From an uncultured candidate division Zixibacteria bacterium (GTDB lineage: Bacteria > Zixibacteria > MSB-5A5 > GN15 > FEB-12), in assembly GCA_963735035.1 (NCBI GenBank), contig CAVTJJ010000004.1, positions 32,001 through 96,000 of the forward strand: a stretch of 64,000 nt of DNA, in the 5' to 3' direction. The translations under genes and the position numbers were made by a program. This document shows positions 31,300 to 41,990 of this stretch, piece by piece. A model generated the notes under the pieces. That model was not told the origin of the DNA, ran no database searches, and worked only from the letters and a program-made list of their open reading frames with translations. Each line of letters opens with the position of its first letter. The first letter of the stretch is position 1.

Positions 31300-34200
31300 T
31301 CAGATTTTGGCCACCTCGATGGCGGCCTTTTCACCATTAATGTCCCATTCCACGGCCTTAGTCAAGTTTTCACCTGACACAAATTCGAGGCTGTGGGCCA
31401 GGGTTTCGTGCTGTATGAAACTGCCGTGGCGGTCGGCCGCCTGGCGTAGTCGCTCGGTGGAACTAATCTTGATGCGGATATTGTCGGTCACTTCGAATCC
31501 GGAACTCTTGCGCATATTCTGGACTTTGTTGACGATCTCCCGCGCAAACCCTTCGTCCCGAAGCTCTTCGTCGATACGGGTATCGAGCGCAATCATGACC
31601 GGACCGTCGGACTCGACCGCCATGCCTTCTTTCTCGGTGCGGATCACGTCGACATGCTCAGGCGCGAGAACCGGTTTCGACGGCAACGAGTCAATCGTAA
31701 GCGTACCCGACGAAGCAAACTCGGCCACTTTGGAGCTCGGCAACTGTGTGACAAACGCGGCCGCCACTTTGACATCGCCGCCCAGTTTCGGGCCGGCCGT
31801 CTTGAAATTCAACTTGGCGCTGTAAGTAACGTATTGATCGAGATTTTCGGCCGGGGCGACTTCCTTGACATTCAGTTCGTCGCGAATAATCCCTAGATAC
31901 GGCTCGAGCTTGGCGAACGCGTTCTTGCCGGGCGCCGAGACCATCATCCTGGCCAGTGGCTGACGTACTTTGAGATTCTTGCGGGTGCGCGCCGCCCGAC
32001 CGAGCTGTACGAGTTTCTCCACCAGCCCCATCGAATCTTCCAACTCGCTGTCGATCAAAGACTCGTCCGCTTTCGGATACTCCATCATGTGCACCGAGAG
32101 CGGCAGGCCGTGCTCGGTCCGTTTCTCGCCGTTCAGTTCCAGCCAGAAGAATTCGGCCATCATCGGGCTGATCGGCGCCGAGAGCCGACACACCCCTTCA
32201 AGCGTTCGCCAGAGTGTCAGATAGGCGCGCATCTTCGACGGATCATCACCTTTGGCCCAGAACCGGCGGCGGTTGTTGCGCACATACCAGTTGGACAGTT
32301 CCTCGATCACGAAATTCTGAATCGCCCTGACCGGACGCGTGATCTCGTAGGCATCAAGACTGCGCGCTGTGTCTTTGACGAGTGAGTTGTATCGGGAGAC
32401 AATCCAACGGTCGAACGTATCCGGCTCACCCGCGCGGGCTTCCAAGAACTGCTCGACCGTCTGCCCGGCTTCATGGGCGCGGTCGAGGATGTTGTCGATA
32501 TTGGCGTAGATTGCGAAGAAACTATACGTATTGCGCAGGGTGTCGTAATACTTGCGGATGACTTCCTGCAAACCGTCAAGATCAAATTTCGTCGGCACAC
32601 AGAGGCCGGAATTCGACACCAGATACCAGCGGACCGGGTCGGCGCCGTACTTGTCGATCGTAGTAAACGGATCGACCACGTTCCCTTTGTGCTTGGACAT
32701 CTTCTTGCCGTCTTTGTCCAGCACGAATTCGAGCACGACCACATTCTTGAACGGGGCCTTGTCGAACATCATGGTCGAGATCGCCAACAGTGAGTAGAAC
32801 CAGCCACGGGTCTGATCGACCGCCTCGGAGATGAAATCGGCCGGGTACTTCTCCTCGAAAACTTCTTTGTTCTCAAAGGGATAGTGCCACTGGGCGTACG
32901 GCATCGCGCCGGAATCAAACCAGACGTCGATCAGTTCTGGTACGCGGGTCATCGTAGAGCCGCACTCGCACTTCAGCTTGACTCCGTCCACCATGGGGCG
33001 GTGCAGATCGATATCGTCCGGGCAGGCCACCGCTTCTTTCTTGAGCTGGGCGACTGAGCCGACCGCTCTCAGCTTGTTGCACCCGGGTTCGTCGCATACC
33101 CAGATCGGCAGCGGCGTGCCCCAGAACCGTTCGCGCGACAGCGCCCAATCGACATTGTTCTCGAGCCAATCGAGCATGCGGCCGGTGCGGATTTCGTCCG
33201 GCACCCAGTTGATCGCGTTGTTATTCTTGATCAACTGCTCCCGGAACTGGGTGGTCCGGATATACCAGGATTCGCGCGCGATATAGATCAGCGGCGAATC
33301 GCACCGCCAGCAGAACGGGTAGTTATGTTCATACAGCTCTTTCTTGTAGAGCTGGCCCGATTTCTTCAAGTCAGCGAGAATGACCGGATCGGCATCCTTT
33401 GACGAACAACCCGGCGTACTTGCCGCCTTCACCGTTTTTGAACAGGCCGTTCGCTTCAATTGCCTGCAGGACCGGAAGATTGTTCTTGAGGCCGATCTCG
33501 TAGTCGTCCGCGCCGAACCCTGGCGCGATGTGGACAATCCCGGTGCCGTCGTCAAGCGTGACAAACTCACCGTTGATGACATAGAACGCTTTGTCAGCCT
33601 GGTCCTTGTAGAAATCAAACAGGGGGATATATTTCCGCCCGACAAAGTCTGCGCCTTTGTGACGGTCGAGCACTTCAACTTCTTCCCCGAGCACCCGCAT
33701 GACTAGCGCTTCGGCCATCACCAGCTTTTCATCGTGGTGAAGCACCGTCACATAGTCGGCGTCTGCTTTCATGCAGAGGGCGGCGTTCGACGGGAGCGTC
33801 CACGGAGTCGTTGTCCAGACTAAGTAGCTGAAATCGGCGTCGGCGGCTTTGACTTTGACGAATACCGACGGGTCCTTGGTCATCGCGTATCCCTGCGCTA
33901 CCTCGTGCGACGAGATCGCGGTGCCGCAACGGGGGCAGAACGGGACGGTCTTGTGGCCCTTGTAGATGACTCCGCGGTCGAACAGGTCTTTGAGGATGTA
34001 CCAGACCGACTCGATGTATTCATTCTTGAGGGTGATATAGGCGTCGTCGAGATCGAGCCAGTAGCCGATCCGTCGGGTGATGACATTCCAGTCGGCGAGG
34101 TACTTGAAGACCGACTCGCGGCATTTCTGGTTGAACGCGGCGATACCGTATTCGACCACCTGGGCTTTGCGTTCGAATCCGAGCTGTTTTTCGACCTCGA

Positions 34201-34483
34201 TTTCGACCGGCAGACCGTGGGTATCCCAGCCACCTTTGCGGTCGACCCGGAAGCCGTTCATCGCTTTGTAGCGGCAGACGAGGTCTTTGACAGCGCGTGA
34301 TACTACATGGTGGATGCCGGGGCGGCCGTTGGCGGTGGGGGGGCCTTCGTAGAAGACGAAGTGCGGCTTGTGCTTAGCGGCGTCCTGGTATTTGTGGTAG
34401 ACCTGCTGTTCATCCCAGAAGGCGAGGATTTTTTCCTCGGCGGCGGGGAGTGAGAAGTTGTCTTTGAGCGGGTCGAATCTCAT
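31300..34483 (-). CDS. ileS: Isoleucyl-tRNA synthetase, IleRS2 type (one extra base at ~33398)
   Basis: EGPPTANGRPGIHH, GWDTHGLP, WTTTPWTLP, DWALSRERFWGTP, DQTRGWF, KMSKH, IleRS2 tail (EGFAREIVNKVQNMRK). Confidence 0.96.
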
Positions 34484-34728
34484 TGGGCTGCTTTCTGCTA
34501 CAGCCGCACAATGTACTCGCCCTCCCCCCGGTTGTAAAGATTTTTCACCGCGTCGTGACCCCCCGCTCCCTACTCCGGGGTGGCGCACCCGCTTGCGGGT
34601 GGGGTTTAGGTGGTGCCCCAGCGCTCGCGCTGGGATGCAAGTCAGGCTGAGCTCCGCTTGCCCTGAGCTTGCCGAAGGGTCGAAGCCGGGTTCACGAAAG
34701 AACCGTCTTTCCCCGGCTTGACCAGGGC

Positions 34729-35762
34729 TGGATTCACATTTGAAGTGCAACAGTTCGCGCCAAAAGAACTCGGCTGGAGTGAGGAAGTCCAGACATTTTC
34801 TGGGGGTGTTGTTGTAGTGCTGGAAGAGATGTGTGAACTGTTTCCGGGTGAGCTTGGTCAGGTCGGTATGGCGAGGCAGTACTCGTCGGAGGCGACCGAT
34901 TCCATTTTCAACGCCACCTTTCTGCCATGGTGAGTAGGTGTTACAGAAGTAGGTCTCGATACCATGGTCATGGAGTTGGTAGTGTTGGCCGAACTCGGGG
35001 CCGTTATCGAAGGTGATGGTTTGTCGCCAGGCGTGCGGCAAGGGTGCCAGGAGAGTGCACATGGCCTTAGCAACCGAGGCGGCATCTTTGGCCGGCAGCT
35101 TAACCCCCATCATCAGGCGTGAGCGCCGCTCATGAAGGACAAGGACGCTCTGATCAGGTATTCGGAAGTTCATGAGATCACCTTCCCAGTGTCCTGGTGT
35201 TTTCCGGCTCTTGGCGCTCTTCGGCCGCGCGGAGATAGGGCACCGCAGGGCTATAGACGACGTCGACCGACCTCTCTTGCACCCTCGCCAGCTACGTCTG
35301 GCTCGGCCACGGATCAGTAAGTACCGCCAAGTGTAATCCTTAGTACGGGCGATCTGCGCGTAGATAAACCGGTAGATCGTTTCGTAGGAAATCACCTTCC
35401 GGCCCATCTCCACGGCCAGCCTTCCCGCGACCAACTCCGGAGACAAACCATTAGCTAGTCCCATCACTACCATGTCGCGCAGTTCTGGACGGCGATCCAA
35501 TTTGGAGCCGGTCCAACGCCGGGCACGGCTCTGGTCGTTGGCATAGGCGGGCAGGTAACCGCTTTGTCGGCTGCGATTTCGCGTTATCTCCCGAGCAATG
35601 GACGATGGCGCGCGATCCAAAGCTGCCGCAATTTGCCGAATCGAGCGCCCCGAGCCACATAAGCGGGCAATCTCACACCGCTCTTCAAGACTGATCTGTG
35701 CATATGTTCGTTCCATGACAACACCTTTAACAGGTGTTGCACTTCGTTTGTGAACTTAGGAG
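34729..35762 (-). mobile_element. IS30-family insertion sequence
   Basis: Imperfect terminal IRs GATTCACATTTGAAGTGCAACA (34731-34752) and TGTTGCACTTCGTTTGTGAACT (35735-35756) around a transposase; exact ends approximate. Confidence 0.88.
34730..35716 (-). CDS. IS30-family DDE transposase (no stop codon inside the element)
   Basis: HTH SIRQIAAALDRAPSSIAREITRN, GHWEGD, TITFDNGPEF, PWQKGGVEN, NNTPRKCL. Confidence 0.92.
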
Positions 35763-35794
35763 GGGCATCCAAGAATTGTCGGGGTGCAAATGAT

Positions 35795-35954
35795 ACGGGG
35801 TGCCAGCCCCGTCATCCCGACGAAAGTCGGGACCCAGTTGTGTTGGCAGAAGGTCAGGCGCTAATGTCATCCCCATACTCTCGAACGAAGCTTTCAATAT
35901 CAGATTTCCGCACTTACGATCATAACTGGGCCCCGGTTTTCACCGGGGTGACGG
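35795..35954. repeat. ~160-bp bipartite palindromic element, copy 1
   Basis: CCGTCATCCCGACGAAAGTCGGGACCCAGTT...AACTGGGCCCCGGTTTTCACCGGGGTGACGG; highly similar to 38499-38658. Confidence 0.85.
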
Positions 35955-36083
35955 CCTCACGGCCGTCGACACATAGTGGCATGAGGTAGGTAGGTCGGGT
36001 TCACGAGACGTGCGCGAAGCGCACGTCGAGCAACCCGACACTGGCCCTACCAAGTCGTCCTGAGCCTGTCGAAGGATGAGCTG

Positions 36084-37253
36084 CTAGGCATTCTCTCCTT
36101 CGTCTTTCGGCGGGTCCTCGGCGGTGAGAGCGATGAAATCAGAGTCATTCCAGTAGGCTTTGAAGTCCTCATCCTTCTTGGCTGCCTTCTTAAGCTTGGC
36201 GTTGTAAACGAAGGCCTCCTTGAGAGCAGCCAGTGCACGATCCTTATTGCCCTTTAGGGCCATGGCGCATGCCACGTTGTATTGGTAGTCTTTACGGTCT
36301 GGAGCCAATCTAATCGCCAGTGTGGAATTCCTTATAGCATCATTCAAGGTGCTTGGTTCGCCGGTTGCGCGAAAGATGCTGGCAAGGCTTGCCGCCCAGT
36401 TTGCGAACGCAGCTGCATTCATAGAGTTGATGTCCGTAACGCGCTCCCAGTACTTAACCGCTTCTTCGTTTTTCTGCAATTCACTGTAAGAGTGAGCCGT
36501 TGCAAAGAGAACATCTTCATCATCCTGTGAATCTTTCAGGATATGGAGCAACTCTCCTAGCGCCTTCTCGAAACGCTCCAAACGATAATAGTTCAAGCCC
36601 ATGTTACGGCGCAGTGCCGAAGGAATGATGTCGTCCGGCAGTCCCGCCACCTTGAGATCAAAACGCAAGCGTTCGTACAAATCGACGGCCTTTGTGGCGT
36701 CGGCCTCTTCAATCAGTTTGATCCGATCTTCGAATGGTTCGGGCTTCTTGGTGTCACTGCTAGCTGGAGCGACCGCGTCGGCAACCCTTGCCGAAGAATC
36801 GGCTTCTTTCATTTGTCGTGCAAGCTGCCCGTAGTCCGTTTGGGCCGATTGTACGATTTTGTCCATGACCGCACGCTGGTCTCTGATCTTCTCAATTTCT
36901 CGATCCACCGTCTCGTGGGCCTTGTATGCTGTGAAGCTTGTGTAAGCGCCCATTGCGCCGACGATCAGCAAGAGCAGCCCTATCACTCCGAAGACAATCC
37001 CCATGCTGGAATCCTGGCGGTCTAGGGCATCAAGCGCCTTCTCGTAGAACTCGCCCTTTAGCTCGGCAACTTCCTTCTGAACCGTAGAAGAGCTGTCAAG
37101 GAGGTACGTGGTGTGCTTAAGTGCGTCAGTGTCTTGAACCACCACCGTATCCCGCACGTACACCGTATCCACCTTCTGTGGCGTCTGGCTCGGGGCTGAC
37201 GGCGCAGCGGTTATGATCATCGCAACAAGGAGAACTTGTCTGAGTCCGGGCAT
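36084..37253 (-). CDS. Membrane-anchored TPR protein
   Basis: Signal peptide, TM helix, coiled coil, TPRs, terminal YNVACAMAL...AKKDEDF repeat; GGAGG RBS. Confidence 0.85.
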   Translation of the reverse strand: MPGLRQVLLVAMIITAAPSAPSQTPQKVDTVYVRDTVVVQDTDALKHTTYLLDSSSTVQKEVAELKGEFYEKALDALDRQDSSMGIVFGVIGLLLLIVGAMGAYTSFTAYKAHETVDREIEKIRDQRAVMDKIVQSAQTDYGQLARQMKEADSSARVADAVAPASSDTKKPEPFEDRIKLIEEADATKAVDLYERLRFDLKVAGLPDDIIPSALRRNMGLNYYRLERFEKALGELLHILKDSQDDEDVLFATAHSYSELQKNEEAVKYWERVTDINSMNAAAFANWAASLASIFRATGEPSTLNDAIRNSTLAIRLAPDRKDYQYNVACAMALKGNKDRALAALKEAFVYNAKLKKAAKKDEDFKAYWNDSDFIALTAEDPPKDEGENA

Positions 37254-37535
37254 GGCTGCCCCTCCATAATCAGTTATGAGTGCACGACGTCAAACTACTG
37301 AAAAGAGACCGGTTTGGCAATGGGAATCAGTGAGTGTCTGTCGGGGAAGGCGGCAGATGTGGACATCTGCCGGGCACGGTTTAGGGCGGGCCCTGACGCA
37401 ACGGCAACAGCGGCAGGGGTGGAACCCTGCCGATCAGGTTCTTGTAGGTCAGGCCTACTCGGGGCCTGACATCTTTCTTCCGCAATTGCACACCCGGTCA
37501 GGCGTCAAGGCAGACCTTTTGTTCACAGCAAAAGG

Positions 37536-38180
37536 CTATCGGGGTTTTGGAAACAGGAAACCCAATTCAAACAGCCAGGTGGCTTCGTCGGCGTCTTCGA
37601 CGAAACTCGTGCCTGCACCTAGCATCAGGAGGTTGCCTCCACCAAGATTGAACGACTGCTCAATGCCGACATCCGCCGCGCTGGTGCCACCGTCGGTTTC
37701 AACCTCGCCGCTCAGGAAATCGCCATACGATCCACCCACAGAGAGGACAAGGCGCGTTGCTCCACCTGTCCGCACAGCGAAGTCAAGGCTCCCCCCGACT
37801 GATCCGAAACTGCCGAATGATGACCCGGCGCCGCCACGCGACATCGTGTACGCCTCCACCACTACTGGCATACCTATGAGTATTGAAACTTTGTCAGACT
37901 CGACGACCCTCTTTAGAGGCTTCACTCCCAAGCCGAGGCTGTACAGCGTACGGCCATACGACCCAGGATCAGCCGCAGACATGAAAACTTGGGCGTCGGC
38001 CCAACTGGTCAGCGTCAGTCCGCCGGTGATACTGCCACCGTTGCTGTTCGAGCCGGTTGCATACCCCAAACCAAAGAATGCCGCGGTCTCTTTCGATGAG
38101 ATGAACGCACTCTGGGACCGCGATTCGCCGGCCCAAACCAGGAGCAGCAGTGCCACTAGCAACCACGTTGTTTTCTTCAT
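37536..38180 (-). CDS. Hypothetical secreted protein, probable small outer-membrane beta-barrel
   Basis: Signal peptide, Gly-rich amphipathic strands, C-terminal WLFELGFLF. Confidence 0.7.
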   Translation of the reverse strand: MKKTTWLLVALLLLVWAGESRSQSAFISSKETAAFFGLGYATGSNSNGGSITGGLTLTSWADAQVFMSAADPGSYGRTLYSLGLGVKPLKRVVESDKVSILIGMPVVVEAYTMSRGGAGSSFGSFGSVGGSLDFAVRTGGATRLVLSVGGSYGDFLSGEVETDGGTSAADVGIEQSFNLGGGNLLMLGAGTSFVEDADEATWLFELGFLFPKPR

Positions 38181-38498
38181 GTACCCATCCTACGGTGTAT
38201 AGTTGCTTGAAGAGTAAGCATGACCGAGTTGTCTGTCAATCATATAAGGTGCAGACTGCGTCAGGTCACACTCGCTTGCCCGCCCAAGGCGGACTCGCGA
38301 GCAAGACCCCCGATCAAGTCGGGGGATGACGGAGAGGGAGTCGGGGGATAACAGAGAAAGGGGCAGACGAGGACGTCTGCCGCCCACGAGCGGGTGTGCC
38401 TTTTAGCCGGCAGATGTGGACATCTGCCGGGCACTATTCAGTTCGATCTGCCGGGCACGGTTTAGGGCGGGCCCTGACGCAACCGGCTTATCGATGTT

Positions 38499-38658
38499 AC
38501 GGGGCGCTAGCCCCGTCATCCCGACGGAAGTCGGGACCCAGTTGTGTGGGCGGAAGATCAGACGCTAATGCCATCCCCATACTCTCGAAGGGATCTTTCG
38601 ATATCAGGTTACCATATTTGCGGTCACAACTGGGCCCCGGTTTTCACCGGGGTGACGG
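38499..38658. repeat. ~160-bp bipartite palindromic element, copy 2
   Basis: Direct-orientation homolog of 35795-35954, including the spacer. Confidence 0.85.
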
Positions 38659-38760
38659 AGCTGTTGCTCCGTAATGTTTCATCCCACCATGAATGGTGGG
38701 CCACCCGACCTCAAACCGGCAGATGTGGGCATCTGCCGGGCACGTTTCAAGGGCGCAAGT

Positions 38761-41019
38761 TCACGGGGTGGTCTTCAGGCGCGCCAGGCGGGTGCGGGCG
38801 TCGGTGTATTCTTTCAAGTTCGGGTCGGCGGGGGCCCAGATGCTCAGGAACTTGTCGTACTTCACGATCGCAGAATCGGGATGTCCACTCTCTTCATAGG
38901 CGCGGCCCAGATAATAGTAGAGCTTCGAACTTGTAACGCAGTCCTTGGTGCGCGACTCGGTGTAGTTATTCTCCTGTGCTGCCAGAATCACTGTCGCTCT
39001 ATCCGCCTGTCCGGCCTCAAGCAGCGTTTGTCCTTCCAGGTATCTCGGAAGATAAGTCACGCTCTTCAGTCTGATCGTGGCCGCACTGTCGAAACGTTCG
39101 GCTGCCCCGGCGGCGTTGCCGCGGGCCTGTTCAAGATACCCTTCGGCCAAAAGGCAAGTGAACCTCGATATCTTCGCCGCCTCGATTTCGAGGCATAATT
39201 GCTCGACCACCTGAGCGGCGCTGTCCATTTGTCCGGCCTGAGCGAACGCCCGCGCGAGCGTAATGCGGAAAGTCATCTTGTCGTCGGGTCGCATCTTCAG
39301 AAGATACTGAAGCGAACGGCGTGATTCGGTCAGCGCCGATGAATCCATCGCGAGAAGCATCTGAGCCTTGGCGTTGTACATAACATCCAGCGAGCTCGAC
39401 TTCATCTTGATCGATTTGATACTGTCGGCGACGATAGCCTTATCCATCCAGGTGAGGCCGTCACGATACTGACCTCTGAATACCAGAGCACTGGCTTTGG
39501 CCCAATAGACATTGGCGCAACCGTATCCGACACATGCCGAATCCCACTCGCGGTAAATTTGATCGCTTAGTTCGTACTGTCCGGAGTAGAGATACGCGTA
39601 GTACAATTTGACCTTTGAGGCGTTGAAACCCGGTTCGATCTCTATCGCCTTCGCATAGGCGGCGATTGCCTCGCTCAGGCGACCGTTGCCGGCGAGGATA
39701 TCCCCGCGACTGTCCAACGGGTTCGGTTCACTCGGAGCGATCTTCTGATAATCGTCAAGCGTCCGCAAAGCCTCGTCCAATTGTCCGTTGTTATCATAGG
39801 CATAGGCCAATTGGTTGAAGGACTGGCGGTAAAGCGGATCGAGCGCGAGAGACTTTTCGAAATAGAAGATTGCCCGGCTGTAATCCCGACGATTGAAATA
39901 GTACTGACCCAGAAGGTAGAAGGCATCCTTTTCGTCCGGGTACTTCTCGGTGATCGATTGCAGAATAGTCAGCGTCTGAGTCGTATCCCCCGCCACCTGC
40001 GCCGCCCGCGCCGCGATAAGCATCTGCTCCTTCTTGGTAGCCCGAGCCGAATAGTAGACCGCCTTCTGAATCATCTGGGGGTTGTAGCCGAGCGACAGAT
40101 AGTAATAGGCCATGGCGAAAGCGGTGTCCATGGTTACAGCTTTGTAGAAGAGACCCGTCGCTTCGTCGGTATACATTCGCTGACTAAGCTCAATTCCCTT
40201 GAGATAGTGACGGTACGCTTCCACCGAGTGCGAGGTGACATCGGCTACCTTCGTATCCGATTCCTTCAACGCTTGTTCCGGCAGGCCGAGATCGGTCTTC
40301 AATTGTAGTGAGAGATTGTCCACCACCCCGAAGATTGTCGCGGAGCTGTCCACTGTCGCCGACTGAGTCGCTTCAATTACACCGGACGAAACGTCGAAAA
40401 GCTGAGTAACCAGTCGCTGCTGTGTGCCGTCGGAAACGAGACTCGCGGTCAGCATCCATTTCGCCCCGACATCTTGCGCGACGGCGCCGGCGTTGCTCTG
40501 ATCGATCCGGTTTGGATCGGGAAGGCCAAGGTGTCGGGCGGCGTCATACAACCGCTGCGATGATATCACGCGGAGGAACTGAGATTCGGAGAGATCGGCG
40601 ATCAAAAGGCTGGCGAAAGTCTGTCCGAGCCCGGCCAGTTCGGCCGACTCGGTGGGATTTCCGACATAGAGGATCGCGAGACGGTTTTCTGAGGCGATAG
40701 CTTCCTGAGTGGGGTGGAACTCGAGATGCCAGGGTCGCAATACGAGAATGATCACGGCCGCCGCAATGGCGAGAACGGCCGGCCAGTAATTGCGCCGTTT
40801 CGGTTCGTCTTCGGGCGCCTGGAGTCCCTCGACCAATCCCCTGATCTCCGGGTCGTGCTTGAGCAGTTGCGCCGCCGGCAGAAACTCCTCGGCCTGTCTG
40901 CGGCAGGCGGGACAATCGAGCAGATGCACCTCGAACTCGTCCAACTGGTCGCCTTCGAGCAGGCCCAGTTCGTACGCATGAAGCAGACCGCAAAGATAGT
41001 CTTTGTTCGAGTCGCTCAT
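38761..41019 (-). CDS. ZAS-type anti-sigma factor with TM, TolB/FlgO-like and TPR domains
   Basis: HLLDCPAC zinc motif, TM helix, LAILY...DLSESQFLRVIS, many TPRs; ATGA overlap with the sigma gene. Confidence 0.82.
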   Translation of the reverse strand: MSDSNKDYLCGLLHAYELGLLEGDQLDEFEVHLLDCPACRRQAEEFLPAAQLLKHDPEIRGLVEGLQAPEDEPKRRNYWPAVLAIAAAVIILVLRPWHLEFHPTQEAIASENRLAILYVGNPTESAELAGLGQTFASLLIADLSESQFLRVISSQRLYDAARHLGLPDPNRIDQSNAGAVAQDVGAKWMLTASLVSDGTQQRLVTQLFDVSSGVIEATQSATVDSSATIFGVVDNLSLQLKTDLGLPEQALKESDTKVADVTSHSVEAYRHYLKGIELSQRMYTDEATGLFYKAVTMDTAFAMAYYYLSLGYNPQMIQKAVYYSARATKKEQMLIAARAAQVAGDTTQTLTILQSITEKYPDEKDAFYLLGQYYFNRRDYSRAIFYFEKSLALDPLYRQSFNQLAYAYDNNGQLDEALRTLDDYQKIAPSEPNPLDSRGDILAGNGRLSEAIAAYAKAIEIEPGFNASKVKLYYAYLYSGQYELSDQIYREWDSACVGYGCANVYWAKASALVFRGQYRDGLTWMDKAIVADSIKSIKMKSSSLDVMYNAKAQMLLAMDSSALTESRRSLQYLLKMRPDDKMTFRITLARAFAQAGQMDSAAQVVEQLCLEIEAAKISRFTCLLAEGYLEQARGNAAGAAERFDSAATIRLKSVTYLPRYLEGQTLLEAGQADRATVILAAQENNYTESRTKDCVTSSKLYYYLGRAYEESGHPDSAIVKYDKFLSIWAPADPNLKEYTDARTRLARLKTTP

Positions 41020-41555
41020 GGCTTGACTTCTCCGGTCTCCAGACAATTCTTCAGCATCGTCCGCGCTCGCGAAAGGATAACATGAAGGTTGTTAGGCGTG
41101 ACCGCCATACGCCGGCAGATATCCTGCGTGCCGTATCCCTGGTAACGAAGATTGAGTATCCGGGCGTGTTTCGGGAACACGGCGTAAACCTTTTTCAGGC
41201 ACTCCTTTAACTTCATCTTCAAGTCGGGTTCTGTGACTTGATAGTTATCTGGTAATTCAGCGCCATCGAACTCGGTCTCGCGATTCTTTCGAGTCTGAGC
41301 TCCGCGATAGTGATCGAAAATTTCGTTCTTCAGGATCATATGTGCCCAGCCCGGGAAACGTTCGGGGTCGGCCAGTTGGTCCAGTTTGCTAGTAACTTTA
41401 ACCATGGCCGCCTGGACGGCTTCCTCGGCGTCATTCCAATCCCTAATTCTATGACGGGCGACAATGCGAAAGCTTACATATAGTTGATCGTAGAGCTCCT
41501 TGCGGGCGGAAGGATCGCCGGAAATAGCGCGCTGATATAGTTCTTTAACAGCCAA
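41016..41555 (-). CDS. ECF RNA polymerase sigma factor
   Basis: DAEEAVQ, FPGWAHMILKN (region 2); LRYQGY...ILSRARTML (region 4). Confidence 0.9.
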   Translation of the reverse strand: MAVKELYQRAISGDPSARKELYDQLYVSFRIVARHRIRDWNDAEEAVQAAMVKVTSKLDQLADPERFPGWAHMILKNEIFDHYRGAQTRKNRETEFDGAELPDNYQVTEPDLKMKLKECLKKVYAVFPKHARILNLRYQGYGTQDICRRMAVTPNNLHVILSRARTMLKNCLETGEVKP

Positions 41556-41990
41556 GTGATAGCCCGGGTTACCTTGATCGTATCAACTATTGACGCCAAC
41601 AAGATAGGCGTTCCCCCAACCCCTGGCAAGCAGAGGTTGGTTTCTTGTCGCGTTGCTCCGATCAGCGACTCCCCAGCATGTAAGAAACGGCTCACCGGTC
41701 CGTCATTTCAATTAGGCGGCCGGAATAATCGGCTCCGAACGGAAATAGGGCCGAGAATTCGGCCGAGAGACCCGGTCGATCGAATATCGTGCTGAGGTTA
41801 GTAATATTCCACGCGACGGTGCTGGTCCAAACAAGGTCCGCGCTCGACTGCCTATGAGTCTGTCAGACCGGACACAGCTAGTTCGTCGGGCATTCTCATC
41901 AGGAGGACAAGTGCATCCAAGACAATCTCGAATGTTGGTAATCTTGCTGGTCTTGATCGGCAATTTCTGGTCACCGGCGATGGAGGTGAA

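Noticed and set aside
33371..35716. 781-aa ORF as an evolved transposase-IleRS protein
   Set aside because: The linker is translated IR and repeat DNA, and ileS has its own start (34483) and promoter; kept only as a read-through curiosity
37276..38202. 308-aa plus-strand ORF (likewise 50594-51457, 25240-25965, 55382-56137, 57497-58264)
   Set aside because: Antisense shadows of better-supported genes in GC-rich DNA, partly translated repeats
35795..38744. Integron cassette array
   Set aside because: Repeats lack attC RYYYAAC/GTTRRRY ends, and there is no tyrosine integrase
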